The position numbers and the translations under genes are program-made. 64,000 bases of DNA from Isurus oxyrinchus (lineage: Eukaryota). This document shows, piece after piece, positions 9,966-23,461 of the stretch. Every line of letters begins with the position of its first letter. The first letter of the stretch is position 1. The notes under the pieces were generated by a model, which saw only the letters and a list, made by a program, of their open reading frames with translations, was not told where the DNA came from and ran no database searches. The stretch is from assembly GCA_026770705.1 (NCBI GenBank), contig JANJGN010000052.1, positions 2,170,001 through 2,234,000 of the forward strand, in the 5' to 3' direction.

Positions 9966-12900
9966 CCTCCTCCCCCGCCTCATCCCCCTCCTCATCATCC
10001 TCCTGACCCCCCTCCTCATCCCCTCCTAATCCCCCTCCTCATCCCCTCCTCATCCCCCTGCTCATCCTCATCCCCTCCTCATCCCCACCTCATCCCTTCC
10101 TCATCCTCCTCCTCATCTCCCTCCTCATCACCTCTTCATCCCCCTCCTCATCCCCCTCCTCATCCACTTCTCATCCCCTCCTCATCCCCCTCCTCATCTC
10201 CCTCCTCATCACCTCTTCATCCCCCTCCTCATCACCCTCCTCATCCCCTCGTCATCCCCTCTTCATCCCCCTCCTCATCCCCTCCTCATCCTTCTACTCA
10301 TCTCCCTCCTCATCCCCCTCCTCATCCCTTCCTCCTCCTCCTCCTCATCTCCCTCCTCATCTCCCTCCTCATCCCCCACCTCGTCCCCTCCTCATTCCCT
10401 CCTCATCCCCTCCTCATCCCCTCGTCATCCCCTCCTCATCCCCCTCCCTATCCCTCTCCTCATCCCCCTCCTCATCCCCTCCTCATCCTCCTCCTCATCT
10501 CCCTCCTCATCCCCCTCCTCATCCCCTCCTCATCCCCTCCTCATCTCCCTCCTCATCTACCTCCTCATCAACCTCCTCATCCCCCTCCTCATCCCCCTCC
10601 TCACTTCACTCCTTATCTCCCTCCTCATCCCCCTCCTCATCCCCTCCTCATCCCCCTCCTCATCCCCTTCTCATCCTCTCCTCATCCCCCTCCCTATCCC
10701 TCTCCTCATCCCCCTCCTCATCTCCCTCCTCATCCCCTCCTCATCCCCCTCCTCATCCCCTCCTCATCCTCCTCCTCATCTCCCTCCTCATCCCCCTCCT
10801 CATCCCCTCCTCATCTCCTCATCACTCTCCTCATCCCCCTCCTCATCCCCTCCTCATCCTCCTCCTCATATCCCTCCTCATCCCCCTCCTCATATCCCTC
10901 CTCATCCCTATCCTCATCCCCTCATCATCCCCTCCTCATCCCCCTCCTCATCCCCTTCTCATCCTCCTCCTCAACTCCCTCCTCATCACCCTCCTCATCC
11001 CCCTCCTCATCGCCTCCTCATCCTCCTCCTCATCTCCCTCCTCATTCCACTCCTCATCCCCTCCTTCTCCCCTCCTCATCTCCCTTCTCATCCCGCTCCT
11101 CATTCCCTCGTCATCCCCTCCTCATCCCCTCCTCATCCTCCTCCTCATCTCCCTCCTCATCCCCCTCCTCATCCCCTCCTCATCCTCCTCCTCATCGCCC
11201 TCCTCATCCCCCTCCTCATCCCCTCCTCATCCTCCTCCTCATCTCCCTCCTAATCCCCCTCCTCATCCCCTCCACATCCTCCTCCTCATCTCCCTCCTCA
11301 TCCCCTCCTCATCCCCCTCCTCATTTTCCTCCTCATCCCCCTCCACCTCCCCCTCCCCCTCCTCTTCCCCTCCTCATCTCCCTCCTCATCACCTCCTCAT
11401 CCCCCTCCCCCTCCCACTCCTTGTCCCCCTCCTCATCTCCCTCCTCATTCCCCCCCTCATTCCCCTCCTCATCCTCCTCTTCATCCCCTCGTCATCCACT
11501 CCTCATCTACCTCCTCATCTCCCTCCTCTTCCCCTCCTCATCCCCCTCCTCATTCCCCTCCTCATCCTCCTCTTCATCCCCTCCTCATCTACCTCCCCAT
11601 CTCCCTCCTCTTCTTCCTCCTCTTCCCCCTCCGCATCATCTCCCTCCTCATCTCCCTCCTCATCCCCCTCCTCATCCCCTCCTCATCCCCTCCTCATCTC
11701 CCTCCTCATCTACCTCCTCATCAACCTCCTCATCCCCCTCCTCATCCCCCTCCTCACCTCACTCCTTATCTCCCTCCTCATCCCCCTCCTCATCCCCTCC
11801 TCATCCCCCTCCTCATCCCCTTCTCATCCTCTCCTCATCCCCCTCCCTATCCCTCTCCTCATCCCCCTCCTCATCTCCCTCCTCATCCCCTCCTCATCCC
11901 CCTCCTCATCCCCTCCTCATCCTCCTCCTCATCTCCCTCCTCATCCCCCTCCTCATCCCCTCCTCATCTCCTCATCACTCTCCTCATCCCCTTCCTCATC
12001 CCCTCCTCATCCTCCTCCTCATATCCCTCCTCATCCCCCTCCTCATATCCCTCCTCATCCCTATCCTCATCCCCTCATCATCCCCTCCTCATCCCCCTCC
12101 TCATCCCCTTCTCATCCTCCTCCTCAACTCCCTCCTCATCACCCTCCTCATCCCCTCCTCATCATCCTCCTCATCTCCCTCCTCATCCCCTCCTCATCCT
12201 CCTCCTCATCTCCCTCCTCATCCCCCTCCTCATCCCCTCCTCATCCTCCTCCTCATCTCCCTCCTCATCCCCCTCCTCATCTCCTCCTCATCCTCCTCCT
12301 CATCTCCCTCCTCATCCCCTCCTCTTCCCCCTCCTCATTTCCCTCCTCATCCCCCTCCACCTCCCCCTCCCCCTCCTCTTCCCCTCCTCATCTCCCTCCC
12401 CATCACCTCCTCATCCCCCTCCCCCTCCCACTCCTTGTCCCCCTCCTCATCTCCCTCCTCATTCCCCCCCTCATTCCCCTCCTCATCCTCCTCTTCATCC
12501 CCTCGTCATCCACTCCTCATCTACCTCCTCATCTCCCTCCTCTTCCCCTCCTCATCCCCCTCCTCATTCCCCTCCTCATCCTCCTCTTCATCCCCTCCTC
12601 ATCTACCTCCTCATCTCCCTCCTCTTCCTCCTCCTCTTCCCCCTCCGCATCATCTCCCTCCTCATCTCCCTCCTCATCCCCCTCCTCATCCCCCTCCTCA
12701 TCCCCTCCTCATTGCCCTCCTCATCTACCTCCTCATCAACCTCCTCATCCCCCTCCTCATCCCCATCCTCACCTCACTCCTTATCTCCCTCCTCATCCCC
12801 TCCTCATCCCATCCTCATCCCCCTCCTCATCCCCTTCTCTTCCTCTCCTCATCCCCCTCCCTATCCCTCTCCTCATCCCCCTCCTCATCTCCCTCCTCCT

Positions 12901-15900
12901 CCCCTCCTCATCCCCCTCCTCATCCCCTCCTCATCCTCCTCCTCATCTCCCTCCTCATCCCCCTCCTCATCCCCTCCTCATCCTCCTCCTCATATCCCTC
13001 CTCATCCCCCTCCTCATATCCCTCCTCATCCCTATCCTCATCCCCTCATCATCCCCTCCTCATTCCCCTCCTCATCCCCTTCTCATCCTCCTCCTCATCT
13101 CCCTCCTCATCACCCTCCTCATCCCCTCCTCATCCTCCTCCTCATCTCCCTCCTCATCCCCCTCCTCATCCCCTCCTCATCCTCCTCCTCATCTCCCTCC
13201 TCATCCCCCTCCTCATCTCCTCCTCATCCTCCTCATCTCCCTCCTCATCCCCTCCTCTTCCCCTTCCTCATTCCCCTCCTCATCCCCCTTCACCTCCCCC
13301 CCCCTCCTCGTCCCCCTCCTCATCTCGCTCCTCATCCCCCTCCTCATTCCCCTCCTCATCCTCCTCTTCATCCCCTCATCATCCCCTCCGCTTCCCCCCT
13401 CATCTCCCTCCTCTTCCCCCTCCTCATCCCCCTCCTCATTCCCCTCCTCATTCTCCTCCTCATCCCCACTCATCTACCTCCTCATCTCCTTCCTCTTCCT
13501 CCTCCTCTTCCCCCTCCTCATCCCCCTCCTCATCCCCCTCCTCATGCTCATCCCCTCCTCATCTCCCTCCTCATCCCCCTCCTCTTCCCCTCGTCATCCC
13601 CTCTTCATCCCCCTCCTCATCCACTTCTCATCTTCCTCCTCATCTCCCTCCTCATCCCCCTCCTCATCCCCTCCTCATCCTCCTCCTCATCTCCCTCCTC
13701 ATCCCCCTCCTCATGCCCTCCACATTCTTCTCTTCATCTCCCTCCTCATCCCCCTCCTCATCCCCTCCTCATCCCCTCCTCATCCCCCTCCTCATCCCCC
13801 TCCTCATCCCCTCCTCATCGCCCTCCTCATCCACCTCCTCATCCCGTCCTCAACTCCCTCCTCATCCCCCTCCTCATCCCCTCCTCATCCTCCTCCTCAT
13901 CTCCCTCCTCATCCCCTCCTCATCCCCCTCCCTATCCCTCTCCTCATCCCCCTCCTCATCTCCCTCCTCATCCCCTCCTCATCCCCCTCCTTATCCCCTC
14001 CTCATCCTCCTCCTCATCTCCCTCCTCATCCCCCTCCTCATCCCCTCCTTATCTCCCTCCTCATCCCCCTCCTCATCCCCCTCCTCATCCCCTCCTCATC
14101 CCCTCCTCATCTCCCTCCTCATCCCCTCCTCATTCCCTCATCATCCCCTCCTCATCCCCCTCCTCATCCCCTCCTCAGCTCCCTCCTCATCCCCCTCCTC
14201 ATCCTCTCCTCATCCCCTCCTTATCCTCTCCTCATCCTCCTCCTCATCTCCCTCCTCATCCCCCTCCTCATCCTCCTCCTCATCACCCTCCTCATCCCTC
14301 TCCTCATCCCATCCTCATCCTCCTCCTCATCTCCCTCCTCATCCTCCTCATCTCCCTCCTCATCCCCCTCCTCATCCTCCTCCTCATCACCCTCCTCATC
14401 CCTCTCCTCATCCCATCCTCATCCTCCTCCTCATCTTCCACCTCATCTCCCTCCTCATCCCCCTCCTCATCCCCTCCTCATCCTCCTCCTCATCTCCCTC
14501 CTCATTCCCTCCTCATCCTCCTCCTCATCTCCCTCCTCATCCCCCTCCTCATCCCCTCCTCCTCATCTCCCTCCTCATCCCCTCCTCATCCCCCTCCTCA
14601 TTCCCCTCCTCATCCCCCTCCACCTCCCCCTCCCCCTCCTCGTCCCCTCCTCATCTCGCTTCTCATCCCCCTCCTCATTCCCCTCCTCATCCTCCTCTTC
14701 ATCCCCTCATCATCCCCTCTGCTTCCCCCTCCTCATCTACCTCCTCATCTCCCTCCTCTTCCCCCTCCTCATCCCCCTCCTCATTCCCCTCCTCATCCTC
14801 CTCCTCATCCCACCCATCTACCTCCTCATCTCCCTCCTCTTCCTCCTCCTCTTCCCCCTCCTCATCCCCCTCCTCATCCCCCTCCTCATGCTCATCCCCT
14901 CCTCATCTCCCTCCTCAGCCCCCTCCTCTTCCCCTCCTCATCCCCCTCCTCATCCCCCTCCTCATCGCCCTCCTCATCCCGTCCTCAACTCGCTCCTCAT
15001 CCCCCTCCTCATCCCCTCCTCATCCTCCTCCTCATCTCCCTCCTCATCCCCTCAACTCCCTCCTCATCCCCCTCCTCATCCCCTTCTCATCCCCTCCTCA
15101 TCCCCCTCCCTATCCCACTCCTCATTCCCCTCCTCATCTCCCTCCACATCCCCTCCTCATCCCCCTCCTTATCCCCTCCTCATTCTCCTCCTCATCTCCC
15201 TCCTCATCCCCCTCCTCATCCCCTCCTCCTCTCCCTCCTCATCTCCCTCCTCATCCCCTCCTCATCCCCTCATCATCCCCTTCTCATCCCCCTCCTCATC
15301 CCCTCCTCATCCTCCTCCTCATCTCCCTCCTCATCCCCCTCCTCATCCCCTCCTCATCCCCTCCTCATCTCCCTCCTCATCCCCCTCCTCATCCGCTCCT
15401 CATCCTCCTCCTCATCTCCCTCCTCATCCCCCCAACTCCCTCCTCATCCCCCTCCTCATCCCCTTCTCATCCCCTCCTCATCCCCCTCCCTATCCCACTC
15501 CTCATCCTCCTCCTCATCTCCCTCCTCATCCCCCTCCTCATCCCCTCCTCATCCTCCTCCTCATCACCCTCCTCATCCCCCTCCTCATCCCCCTCCTCAT
15601 CCCCCTCCTCATCCCCTTCCTCATCCCCTCCCCCTCCTCATCCCCCTCCTCATCCCCTTCCTCATCCCCTCACCCTCCTCCTCCCCTCCTCATCTCCCTC
15701 CTCATCCCCGTACTCATCTCCCTCCCTATCTCCCTCCTCATCCCCCTCTTCATCCCCCTGCTCATTTCTTCCTCATCTCCCTCCTTATCCCCTCCTCATC
15801 CCCCTCTTCATCGTCCTCCTCACTCCGCTCCTCATCCCCCTCCTCATCTCCCTCCTCATCCCCCACCTCATCCCCTCCTCATTCCCTCCTCATCCCCCTC

Positions 15901-18900
15901 CTCATCATCCTCATGACCCCCCTCCTCATCCCCTCCTAATCCCCCTCCTCATCCCCTCCTCATCCCCCTCCTCATCCTCATCCCCTCCTCATCCCCACCT
16001 CATCCCCTCCTCATCCTCCTCCTCATCTCCCTCCTCATCACCTCTTCATCCCCCTCCTCATCCCCCTCCTCATCCCCTTCTCATCCCCTCCTCATCCCCC
16101 TCCCTATCCCACTCCTCATCCCCCTCCTCATCTCCCTCCACATCCCCTCCTCATCCCCCTCCTTATCCCCTCCTCATTCTCCTCCTCATCTCCCTCCTCA
16201 TCCCCCTCCTCATCCCCTCCTCCTCTCCCTCCTCATCTCCCTCCTCATCCCCTCCTCATCCCCTCATCATCCCCTCCTCATCACCCTCCTCATCCCCTCC
16301 TCATCCTCCTCCTCATCTCCCTCCTCATCCCCCTCCTCATCCCCTCCTCATCCCCTCCTCATCTCCCTCCTCATCCCCCTCCTCATCCCCTCCTCATCCT
16401 CCTCCTCATCTCCCTCCTCATCCCCCCAACTCCCTCCTCATCCCCCTCCTCATCCCCTTCTCATCCCCTCCTCATCCCCCTCCCTATCCCACTCCTCATC
16501 CCCCTCCTCATCTCCCTCCACATCCCCTCCTCATCCCCCTCCTTATCCCCTCCTCATTCTCCTCCTCATCTCCCTCCTCATCCCCCTCCTCATCCCCTCC
16601 TCCTCTCCCTCCTCATCTCCCTCCTCATCCCCTCCTCATCCCCTCATCATCCCCTCCTCATCCCCCTCCTCATCCCCTCCTCATCCTCCTCCTCATCTCC
16701 CTCCTCATCCCCCTCCTCATCCCCTCCTCATCCCCTCCTCATCTCCCTCCTCATCCCCCTCCTCATCCCCTCCTCATCCTCCTCCTCATCTCCCTCCTCA
16801 TCCCCCCAACTCCCTCCTCATCCCCCTCCTCATCCCCTTCTCATCCCCTCCTCATCCCCCTCCCTATCCCACTCCTCATCCTCCTCCTCATCTCCCTCCT
16901 CATCCCCCTCCTCATCCCCTCCTCATCCTCCTCCTCATCACCCTCCTCATCCCCCTCCTCATCCCCCTCCTCATCCCCCTCCTCATCCCCTTCCTCATCC
17001 CCTCCCCCTCCTCATCCCCCTCCTCATCCCCTTCCTCATCCCCTCACCCTCCTCCTCCCCTCCTCATCCCCCTCCTCATCCCCGTACTCATCTCCCTCCC
17101 TATCTCCCTCCTCATCCCCCTCTTCATCCCCCTGCTCATTTCTTCCTCATCTCCCTCCTTATCCCCTCCTCATCCCCCTCTTCATCGTCCTCCTCACTCC
17201 GCTCCTCATCCCCCTCCTCATCTCCCTCCTCATCCCCCACCTCATCCCCTCCTCATTCCCTCCTCATCCCCCTCCTCATCATCCTCCTGACCCCCCTCCT
17301 CATCCCCTCCTAATCCCCCTCCTCATCCCCTCCTCATCCCCCTCCTCATCCTCATCCCCTCCTCATCCCCACCTCATCCCCTCCTCATCCTCCTCCTCAT
17401 CCCCCTCCTCATCCCCCTCCTCATCCACTTCTCATCCCCTCCTCATCCTCCTCCTCATCTCCCTCCTCATCCTCCTCCTCATCTCCCTCCTCATCCCCCT
17501 CCTCATCCCCTCCTCATCCACTTCTCATCCCCTCCTCATCCTCCTCCTCATCTCCCTCCTCATCCTCCTCCTCATCTCCCTCCTCATCCCCCTCCTCATC
17601 CCCTCATCATCCCCTCCTCATTCCCCTCCTCATCCACTCCTCATCCTCCTCCTCATCTCCCTCCTCATCCCCTCCTCATCCTCCACCTCATCTCCCTCCT
17701 CATCCCCCTCCTCGTCCCCTCCTCATCCTCCTCCTCATCTCCCTCCTCATCCCCGCCTCATCCCCCTCCTCATTCCCCTCCTCATCCCCCTCCACCTCCC
17801 CCTCCCCCTCCTCGTCCCCTCCTCATCTCGCTCCTCATCCCCCTCCTCATTCCCCTCCTCATCCTCCTCTTCATCCCCTCATCATCCCCTCTGCTTCCCC
17901 CTCCTCATCTACCTCCTCATCTCCCTCCTCTTCCCACTCCTCATCCCCCTCCTCATTCCCCTCCTCATCCTCCTCCTCATCCCACCCATCTACCTCCTCA
18001 TCTCCCTCCTCTTCCTCCTCCTCTTCCCCCTCCTCATCCCCCTCCTCATCCCCCTCCTCATGCTCATCCCCTCCTCATCCCCCTCCTCTTCCCCTCCTCA
18101 TCCCCCTCCTCATCCCCCTCCTCATCGCCCTCCTCATCCCGTCCTCAACTCGCTCCTCATCCCCCTCCTCATCCCCTCCTCATCCTCCTCCTCATCTCCC
18201 TCCTCATCCCCTCAACTCCCTCCTCATCTCCCTCCACATCCCCTCATCATCCCCTCCTCATCCCCCTCCTCATCCCCCCCTCATCCTCCTCCTCATCTCC
18301 CTCCTCATCCCCCTCCTCATCCCCTCCACATCCCCTCCTCATCTCCCTCCTTATCCCCCTCCTCATCCCCCTCCTCATCTCCCTCCTCATCACCTCTTCA
18401 TCCCCCTCCTCATCGCCCTCCTCTTCCCCTCGTCATCCCCTCTTCATCCCCCTCCTCATCCCCTCCTCATCCTCCTCCTCATCTCCCTCCTCATCCCCCT
18501 CCTCTTCCCCTCCTCATCCTCCTCCTCATCTCCCTCCTCATCCCCCTCCTCATCCCCTCCTCATCTCCCTCCTCACCTCCCTCCTCATCCCCCTCCTCAT
18601 CCCCCCCTCATCGCCCTCCTCATCCCATCCTCAACTCGCTCCTCATCCCCCTCCTCATCCCCTCCTCATCCTCCTCCTCATCTCCCTCCTCATCCCCTCA
18701 ACTCCCTCCTCATCCCCCTCCTCATCCCCTTCTCATCCCCTCCTCATCCCCCTCCCTATCCCACTCCTCATCCCCCTCCTCATCTCCCTCCTCATCCCCT
18801 CCTCATCCCCCTCCTTATCCCCTCCTCATCCTCCTCCTCATCTCCCTCCTCATCCCCCTCCTCATCCCCTCCTCATGCTCCTCCTCATCTCCTTCCTCAT

Positions 18901-19425
18901 CCCCCTCTTCATCCCCCGCTCATCCCCTCCTCCTCTCCCTCCTCATCTCCCTCCTCATCCCCTCCTCATCCCCTCATCATCCCCTCCTCATCCCCCTCCT
19001 CATCCCCCCTCATCCTCCTCCTCATCTCCCTCCTCATCCCCCTCCTCATCCCCTCCTCATCCCCTCCTCATCTCCCTCCTCATCCCCCTCCTCATCCCCT
19101 CCTCATCCTCCTCCTTATCTCCCTCCTCATCCCCTCAACTCCCTCCTCATCCCCCTCCTCATCTCCTTCTCATCCCCTCTTCATCCCCCTCCCTATCCCA
19201 CTCCTCATCCTCCTCCTCATCTCCCTCCTCATCCCCCTCCTCATCCCCCCTCATCCTCCTCCTCATCACCCTCCTCATCCCTCTCCTCATCCCATCCTCA
19301 TCCTCCTCCTCCTCTCCCTCCTCATCCCCCTCCTCATCTCCCTCCTCATCCCCCTCCTCATCCCCTCCTCATCTCCCTCCTCATCCCCCTCCTCATCCCC
19401 CTCCTCATCCCTTTCCTCATCCCCC
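9966..19425. repeat. ~9.5-kb pyrimidine-rich CCTCATC(C)n array with internal block duplications
   Basis: Continuous CCTCCTCATCCCC/CCTCATCTCC units; rare marker variants such as GACCCCCCTCCTCATCCCCTCCTAAT recur at ~10005, ~15915 and ~17290. Confidence 0.95.
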
Positions 19426-19656
19426 TTTGTGTGAAGAAGTGCTTCCTGACATCACCCCCTGAACGGCCTGGCTCCAATTTTAAGGTTCTGCCCCCTTGTT
19501 CTGGAACCCCCCTCACCTCACCCCCACCCCCACCCCCACCCCCACCCCCACCCTCACCCTCACCCCCACCCCCACACCCACCCTCACCCCCACCCCCACT
19601 CTCACCCCCACCCCCACCCTCACCCCCACCCCCACCCCCACCCTCACCCCCACCCT
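19422..19656 (-). mobile_element. CR1 fragment with (ACCCCC)n expansion
   Basis: Encodes DVRKHFFTQRG; the same fragment occurs at 27565-27650 and 49130-49400. Confidence 0.75.
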
Positions 19657-19814
19657 TTTTTTTTTTCTTTTCTTTTTCTTTTGATAATCTCAAACTTGCA
19701 GTCTACCTGACTCCAGATGTAATTAAGCCACACAGACAGACCCATCTACACTCACACCCATAAACCTAGTTTACAACAAAACAGGAAAATATTAAGCAAA
19801 TTATAAAAAATATA

Positions 19815-21320
19815 AACAGTGTTTATATGGCTAGTCCAGTTCAGTTTCTGGTCAATGGTAATCCCCAGGATGTTGATAGTGGGGGATTCAGCAATGGTAA
19901 TGCCATTGAACATTAAAGGGCGATGGTTAGATTCTCTCTTATTGGAGATGGTCATTGCCTGACACTTGTCAGCGCAAGCCTGGATATTGTCCAGCTCTTG
20001 CTGCATTTGGACAAGGACTGCTTCAGTATCTGAGGAGCCGTGAACGGTGCTGAACATTGTGCAATCATCAGTGAACATCCACACTTCTGTCCTTATGATG
20101 GAAGGAAGGTCATTGATGAAGCAGCTGAAGATGGTTGGGCCGAGGACACTACCCTGAGTAACTCCTGCAGTGAAGTCTTGGAACTGAGATGATTGACCTC
20201 CAACATCCACAACTATCTTCCTTTGTGCTGGGTATGGCTCCAACCAGTGGAGAGTTTTCCCTCTGTTATGATGTGGTAGATGATGTGTGCCAGGGGGACA
20301 AAATCCACAAGGGAAACTTGGTCACACTATTACAACGGTTTTGCAATTTGTATTTATTATGAGATGTGTGCACTGAATTCAGGAGTAATGTGTCAACCAA
20401 GACATTTAGAGATCTTAAAAATTAAATTTCAATATTTATTAACAAAATACAAGATTTCAAGCACACACATAAGGATACGGTTACTACTATAACAAATCCT
20501 AAACTTCCTAATTAACCTTAAAGATGGTGGACAGGCATTGGGAAGTCTGGAGATGAGTAGTACAACCCCATTTAAGGCAACAGTCCAAAATAGATTTTAG
20601 ATTTAAAAACAAAACCAGCAAGTTAACACAGAACACACTTGAGAGTGGAATTCCAAATGGCTTTCTCAATCTATAGTCACTGAACATAACAGACCTATGG
20701 ACAAATGCCTGGAGGCTTCTTCAAGGCTGATTCACACACTCTTGTTAGATTTTACATGGTCCCCAAAATAGCCTTTCATTCTCCTTTGTTTATGTTCCTC
20801 TCTCTTTGATATGTAAATTTCATTGTTCCATATGTCTTTGGAATGATACATTTCCCATAATATAAAAACTTTCATGTTGCCAATGTTGTCAATAACCTTT
20901 GGGAAAAATAAACACACTCCTTTGCCTTGCATATCGGTCTCGTTGTAAACAGACCAACAGCCCTTTGAAATCCAAACAATCCCGTCACTTATCTAAAAAT
21001 GCAAATTCCCCTCACACCTTACATGCTAAGTCAGCCTCCATGTTCACTCACTAGCATTTCAAGTACATTTCTACATCTAGCTTCTTTTGATAATCTCAAA
21101 CTTGCAGTCTACCTGACTCCAGATGTAATTAAGCCACACAGACAGACCCATCTACACTCACACCCATAAACCTAGTTTACAACAAACCAGGAAAATATTA
21201 AGTAAATTATTATACTTTCGTACCACCCCTGATTCCCATTGATTCCAGTTTTGCTCGGGCTCCTAGATGCCACACTCGGTCAAATGCAGCCTTGATGTCA
21301 AAGGCAGTCACTCTCACCTC
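19815..21320 (-). mobile_element. CR1-group LINE reverse-transcriptase fragment interrupted by a solo LTR
   Basis: GVTQGSVLGPTIFSCFINDLP..MFTDDC..ILGITIDQKLNWTSHIN (19815-20263); LINE sequence resumes at 21226. Confidence 0.85.
20264..21225 (-). mobile_element. Solo LTR (~960 bp)
   Basis: TGTTATGA...TCGTACCA termini (TG..CA, imperfect inverted repeat) splitting the LINE at a C-run (CCTC/CCCC imperfect 4-bp TSD); AATAAA on the minus strand. Confidence 0.7.
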
Positions 21321-21503
21321 AAATTGTATTAACAGATGTAACATTATACATAATTCATAAGCTTCTCACAATCTTTTACAGCATGGAAAAAGGTGCAGCA
21401 TTCAGAAAGCTCACTCAGAACCAATAAAAAAAAGTTGAGCAACATCATACTATTTGGCCATGTTGGCTGCACACACCCCACAGCCCCGCTCCCTGTTTCA
21501 CAC

Positions 21504-21752
21504 TCAGTTTTTCTGGAACCTGATCTGTGCGTATTCCGTGTCCTCGCTCCTGTGCACAGTCCTGTCACCGCCGGGCAGCTTTGAAAAGTTGATGTTGGCG
21601 TAGAAAAGCTCGTCGGGTTTGTCGGGGTTCCCATGTCCAACATCGCCTCCCACTGGACCTTCAGAGAGATCCCGGGGAGCTGGGGTCTCCCCCTCGCTAG
21701 TTGTGTTTCTGGTTGTGTTCCGGGGCTCAGTAATCAGCACGTTCTGTTTACC
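21504..21752 (-). CDS. Gene B distal terminal exon with ITIM (LFYANI) and ITIM-like/ITSM (TEYAQI)
   Basis: Acceptor ctctgtag|GGT phase 0, 82 codons plus TGA; typical Siglec twin-tyrosine tail. Confidence 0.85.
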   Translation of the reverse strand, partial: GKQNVLITEPRNTTRNTTSEGETPAPRDLSEGPVGGDVGHGNPDKPDELFYANINFSKLPGGDRTVHRSEDTEYAQIRFQKN

Positions 21753-21869
21753 CTACAGAGAAATGGAAACAGAAGACATCCTCACATCATTTACTGGCAC
21801 TGATAGGGTTAAATTATTGTGCAGACTTGTTTAATTCTCTCTCTCCTGTCGGATAAAAGGCACCATCTA

Positions 21870-22055
21870 TGGCAGTGCAGCACTCCCTCAGTACTGACCC
21901 TCCAACAGTGCAGAACTCCCTCAGTGCTGACCCTCCGACAATACAGCGCTCCCTCAGTACTGACCCTCTGTCAGTGCAGCACTCCCTCAGTACTGACCCT
22001 CCGACAGTGCAGCACTCCTTCAGTACTGACCCGCTGTCAGTCCCGCACTCCCTCG
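21870..22055. repeat. 33-bp minisatellite (CAGTACTGACCCTCCGACAGTGCAGCACTCCCT)
   Basis: Tandem units; the family recurs across the window. Confidence 0.9.
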
Positions 22056-22509
22056 GTAATGGCTCTGGTGAGTGACGGCTTGGATTCTGCACTCAGGTGC
22101 CTGGTGTGAGGCTCAATAACATGAACCTTGTAATCAGAGAGAGGATGAGAGAGAGAGATAGAGGAGGGATAGAGACAGAGTGTTATTAATCTATTAATGT
22201 TTGTATTGTAATTGCAAACTGTCTTTTTAAACAGAGGTTTAGTCTGTGTGTGTGCCTGTGTGTATTTAAATTGGATTAAAGACAGCCAGTCTGTGTGCTT
22301 TGATGTATAGTAGTTTTGAGATGTCAACAAAGAGGTAAAGTGGTAATTTGCATTTTTAAATAAAACATTCAAAGTCTGAGAGTGAAATCTTAAACCAATC
22401 AACGTTTATATTACTAATAAAATTGATACGATGAAAGGGGATTTATTATTGGAAGAGATGGAGTTCAAAGGTCCTGATGATACATTGCGAATTTACCTTC
22501 AAACAGAAG

Positions 22510-22680
22510 CCATAAGACCATAAGACATAGGAGGAGAAATTAGACCATTCGGTCCATCGAGTCTGCTCCACCATTCATACATGGCTGATATGTTTCACAA
22601 ACCCAATTCTCCAACCTTCTCTCCTAACCATTGATCCCCTTACCAATCAAGAGCGTATCAATCTCCGTCTTCTTTACACT
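22510..22680 (-). mobile_element. CR1 LINE 3' end
   Basis: CATAAGACCATAAGACATAGGAG short-repeat tail followed by GACCATTCGGTCCATCGAGTCTGCTCC. Confidence 0.7.
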
Positions 22681-22684
22681 CAAG

Positions 22685-23114
22685 AGCTGGGTATAACTTG
22701 AGCAGTTTTGTGTGTGCAGAGCAGACGCTTGTAACAGCAAAGCAGCTGTAAGCCTACACCTGTCTGCAAAGGAACCAAAGTGAAAGGAACCTCATTTGGA
22801 ATTTGTGAGGTGAAAATGCTTTGCCTGGGTGTCTGCTTAAAGATAATGGGTTGTCTTAGAGGAGATTAGTTTGAGAATTTGTTATAAAGTTATGATAATA
22901 CTAGTTTGTAGCCATGTGCATATGTTTAACTTGTGAAAATTAATAAATGTCTCATTTAGATTGATATAAAATCATCTTGAGAACTGGTGGTCTTATTCCT
23001 GAATTTAGAGCTGCATCTCAAACATTTCACTGGGAAATATAGGTTACGACAGCTGTTTAAAGTTTCCCTCTGGGATTTTAAACAACAGCCTTTACCAGTT
23101 GCTGTGTATTAACA
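22685..23114 (+). mobile_element. LTR 3' fragment (partial copy at 25608-25917; related to 60080-60700)
   Basis: AATAAA and ..TAACA end; shared TTTCCCTCTGGGATTT..CAGCCTTTACC block. Confidence 0.55.
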
Positions 23115-23249
23115 GAGAGACAGCATGATACTGAACCATTGCTGACTCCACAGGTACAAATCAGTGGGTAACTGGGCTGGGAATCTGGGACATATGTTGT
23201 CTACACACTGAAATTGAAGCTTTGGAGTGAGTGTAAACAGCTCCTGTAC

Positions 23250-23331
23250 CTGGTGTTTCACAGAGAGTGGACTGGGGGTCAATGCAATGTCACTGGTCCC
23301 TGAAACTCTCTCCTCCATCGCTGTCTTTCTC
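23250..23331 (-). CDS. Gene B juxtamembrane cytoplasmic exon, distal copy
   Basis: ttattgcag|G..CAG|GTACAG, 82 nt, phase 2 to 0, RKTAMEERVSGTSDIALTPSPLSVKHQ. Confidence 0.8.
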
Positions 23332-23461
23332 CTGCAATAACACAATATCACACTGTGGTTATCATATAGCAGAGAGTCAGTGCAGCACAGACACAGAGCC
23401 CACTGTAACCTTACACCAATGACTGGACTCTCTCCTTAAATCACCTCTGCACAAAGCACAG

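Noticed and set aside
9942-19763. 3273-aa Pro/Ser/His/Leu ORF and the overlapping 1075- and 790-aa ORFs
   Set aside because: C/T-rich repeat rarely forms stop codons; all three frames give the same vocabulary and no domain.
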